Below, piece after piece: positions 61,184-64,000 of a stretch of DNA of 64,000 nucleotides. The position numbers and the translations under genes were made by a program. A model generated the notes under the pieces. The model searched no databases. It had not been told where the DNA came from and saw nothing but the letters and a program-made list of their open reading frames with translations. The stretch's first letter is position 1, and each line of letters opens with the position of its first letter. The DNA is from Kondoa subrosea. Its lineage: Eukaryota. Location of the stretch: the NCBI GenBank assembly GCA_039545335.1, contig BCIN01000002.1, forward strand, positions 1,439,118 to 1,503,117. Direction: 5' to 3'.

Positions 61184-64000
61184 ATGGCTCGCGTACAAGC
61201 GGCAGACAGTGATGATTCGGACGCCCCTGTCAATTTCAACGAGACCCCAGCCAGCACTCGGTCAGGGAGTCCAAAATCTTCAGTGGCAAGAACACCTATG
61301 GACGTGGATACGCCTGCGACTTCTGATAACGACTTAGGATCGTCTTCAAGGAGACCTTCGCGCTCTGCTGCACGTTCTGCTATTCAGAAATTACAAAGTT
61401 CCACCAAAGCAGTCAGGGAAGCTATTCGATTGGATTTACTCGAAGATCAAGAAGGGTTGGACAGCTCTGAACAAGATGAGGATGTGAAAGCTGAAGCTGT
61501 ACCTTCTACTGGTTCACCAAAAAAGAAAGCCAATGTTGTACTTGATATTTCTACTTCGGCAAGTGAAGATGAGTCAGAGGCATTCCAGGCTTCTGAGGCA
61601 GACGAGGAAGAAGAGGAGTCGGATGCTGCTAGCGCTCCAATTTCTGCTATCGATGAAGATGAAGAGCAAGAGCTAACAGACGGTTCTGCTGTTGTCATAC
61701 TTTCGGCCAAAGCTAAAGGCAAGGCAAAAGCTATACCTGCCCAGAAAAAGGGCAAAGGCAAAGCGAAAGCTGCCGTGTCCGATACCGACGAGGAAGAAGC
61801 AGCCCAAATGGATCTGGAGGAGGAAGTTGACGAAACTCGCGTCAAGAGCAAGAAGAAAGCTACACCAGCTAAAAAGAAGACAACTGCCGTCAAGAAGTCA
61901 TCGTCTGCTGTTAAGAAAGGCAAAGGCAAAGCCAAACAAGATGAAGAGGAATCAGGCTCAGAAGCTGCGAGCGAATCCGAAAGTGGAAGTGCTACGGCCA
62001 GTGAATCTGAAGACGAGGATGAAGAGAATGGAAGCGGTGCTAGTGATAACGAAGATGTGTCTAGCAAGAAGTCTTCGTCCGTCAAGAAAGGATCGAACAA
62101 GACTGCAAAGGGAAAGAAAGCCAAAAAGGATATCTACCCGCCAGAAACCAGGGAAGAAAAGAAAGCTCGGATTGCCAGGGAGAAGGAGTTTAAGAAGAAG
62201 CGTAATGGCAAGCTTAATCACGTAGGCCGATGATTTCAATTGCCATAGCATGTCATTTAATCAGTTCTACACTACAGTATGAACGCAATCAACTCGCTCT
62301 CGAACGCATCCATCCCGAACTAGTCAACGTCTGGGGTGAACTTGAAGCCACTGTCTCACTCATTGAGCCCGTCAAAGCGGAACAGCCAGCCAAAATCACC
62401 ATGCGATTGCTTCCTTTCCAGCTTGAAGGGTTACATTGGATGAAAGAGCAAGAAAGTGGCCCTTGGAAGGGTGGAATGCTTGCTGATGTACATCTTTGCA
62501 TGTAAAGGTGAATCTTGAGCTGATTGATATGAGCAGGAAATGGGCATGGGCAAAACGATCCAGACTATTTCTTTGATCGTCTCTGATCTACACGAGAAGA
62601 ACGGCAAAGGCAAAGAAAAGGACAAAAAGATGGTGCTTGTCATTGCCCCTACAGGTTTGTTTCCTTTTAGTATTTTTGCGCTCCGCAGTTACATTAACTG
62701 GAAATAAACAGTTGCTATCGTGCAATGGCGCAACGAGTTTGCCAAATTCACCAAAGGTATCGATGCAAGTGTCTGTTGCAGGAGAATTATTCGTCGTGCT
62801 GACATCAGAACAGGTGAAAGTTTGGCACGGAGCAAATCGGGCTACCGATATCGCAGCATTGAAGAAGCACGATGTGATCCTGACCTCATGTGCGTCTCCC
62901 AGATTTCAAACATAGCAGACGATTTTGACATTCTCAGAACAGACAATGTCCTCGAATCTGCTTTTCGTCGACAACATAAAGGTTTCATGAAGAACAAGCA
63001 GAAGTTCACTGAAGACAGCATCGTACACAAGATCAAATGGCATCGCGTTATTCTGGACGAGGCACACAATATTAAGGTATGTTCAGTCTTTACTGCAGTT
63101 GTATGCATCTCTGACCATCTCAAAACAGGATCGTGGCTCTAATACAGCAAAAGCAACTTTTGCTTTGAAAGCGAAATATCGCTGGTGCTTGAGTGGAACG
63201 CCTCTTCAGGTTAGCAAGATTTGCCTGACCAAAGGAATTTCTTGACTGATTCGTGAAATAGAATCGAGTCGGAGAGCTTTATTCGCTCATTCGGTTTTTG
63301 GGTGTTTGTAAGTGTCTACACTGAGCTTCTTTTGTGAGTCTGAATATTCCGTCACAGTGCCTTTCGCCGCCAACTTCTGCAAGCGCTGCCCGTGTACCTC
63401 GTTACATTGGTCATTTTCTAATAAGAAGCATTGTGATACTTGCGGTCAGTCTGTTTGATAGTCTTATCTGGTCGTGCTGAATGCAGAAAACTAGGACACA
63501 CACCTATGCAGCATACTTGGTTCTGGTCAGCTCGCATTTTAGATCTTGACAACGGCAAGCTAACATTGACCACATCTACAGGAACAATGAGATTCTCAAA
63601 CCTATCCAACGCTACGGTCATGGTGGTGCTGGCAATATTGCTTTCAAGAAACTCAAGACTTTGCTAGATCGGATGATGTTGCGTCGAACAAAGGTCTTTC
63701 TCATCTCCACATACCATCACATCTGTCTGATGCACTCTGTTTTAGGTTGAGCGAGCTGATGATCTGGAATTGCCGCCTCGTACTGTCATGGTGAGAAGGG
63801 ATTACTGTAAGTCTACTTGCTATGCATAGCTACTTCTTAATAATGAATGCCGCAATAGTCACTGAAGAGGAGGAAGAGCTCTACACTTCGCTATACTCAG
63901 ACATAAAGCGTAATTTCGACACCTATCTAGACGCGGGTACAGTTCTGTAAGTTCTGTAGATCGAAATAGCATGAAGGAACGGCTAATTCAATCATCGACA
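61184..64000 (+). CDS. RAD16: SNF2-family DNA repair ATPase Rad16 (partial; runs off the window end)
   Basis: Long acidic/basic N-terminus, LLPFQLEGLHW, GGMLAD|EMGMGKTIQ, VILDEAHNIK, WCLSGTPLQ|NRVGELYSL, Rad16-type insert CKRCPCTSLHW..C|GHTPMQH, MLRRTK|VERADDLELPPR. Confidence 0.92.

Noticed and set aside
61447..62225. Long antisense and alternative-frame ORFs over the RAD16 N-terminus
   Set aside because: Shadow ORFs produced by low-complexity Glu/Lys/Ser coding sequence.

Overview
Eukaryotic, gene-dense, intron-rich fungal DNA. The short (~50-60 nt) GT-AG introns with GTGAGT/GTCAGT/GTCCGT/GTAAGC donors and CTRAY-like branch sites, plus the protein similarities, point to a basidiomycete; the lineage is an inference. 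I manually spliced about 26 protein-coding genes. They include an FAD monooxygenase, U2A'/LEA1, an ADP-ribosylglycohydrolase with an internal frameshift, a Cdc3-type septin, succinyl-CoA ligase alpha, PHO85, a MOSC protein, a ~1,800-aa SP-RING (MIZ) protein, a GT49 glycosyltransferase, two F-box-like proteins and CAND1. The rest are a TPX2-like protein, a secreted Thr/Cys protein, a small basic orphan, CBP80, a Q-rich/GYD-repeat protein, ankyrin-DIL and SH3 proteins, IMP3, an SS18/SSXT-like protein, an MFS transporter, a divergent shikimate-dehydrogenase-like enzyme and a partial RAD16. I found no tRNA, rRNA, transposon or CRISPR, and no evident novel multi-gene system. The best leads are (i) the ARH frameshift, an 8-bp duplication that also forms an in-phase A_AAA_AAG slippery site, (ii) the shikimate-DH homologue lacking its substrate-binding S-x-S motif, divergent from an MFS gene, (iii) a GC/GT tandem splice donor in the SSXT-like gene, and (iv) TPX2-like repeats and several orphan genes. 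Gene boundaries come from manual splicing and are approximate.
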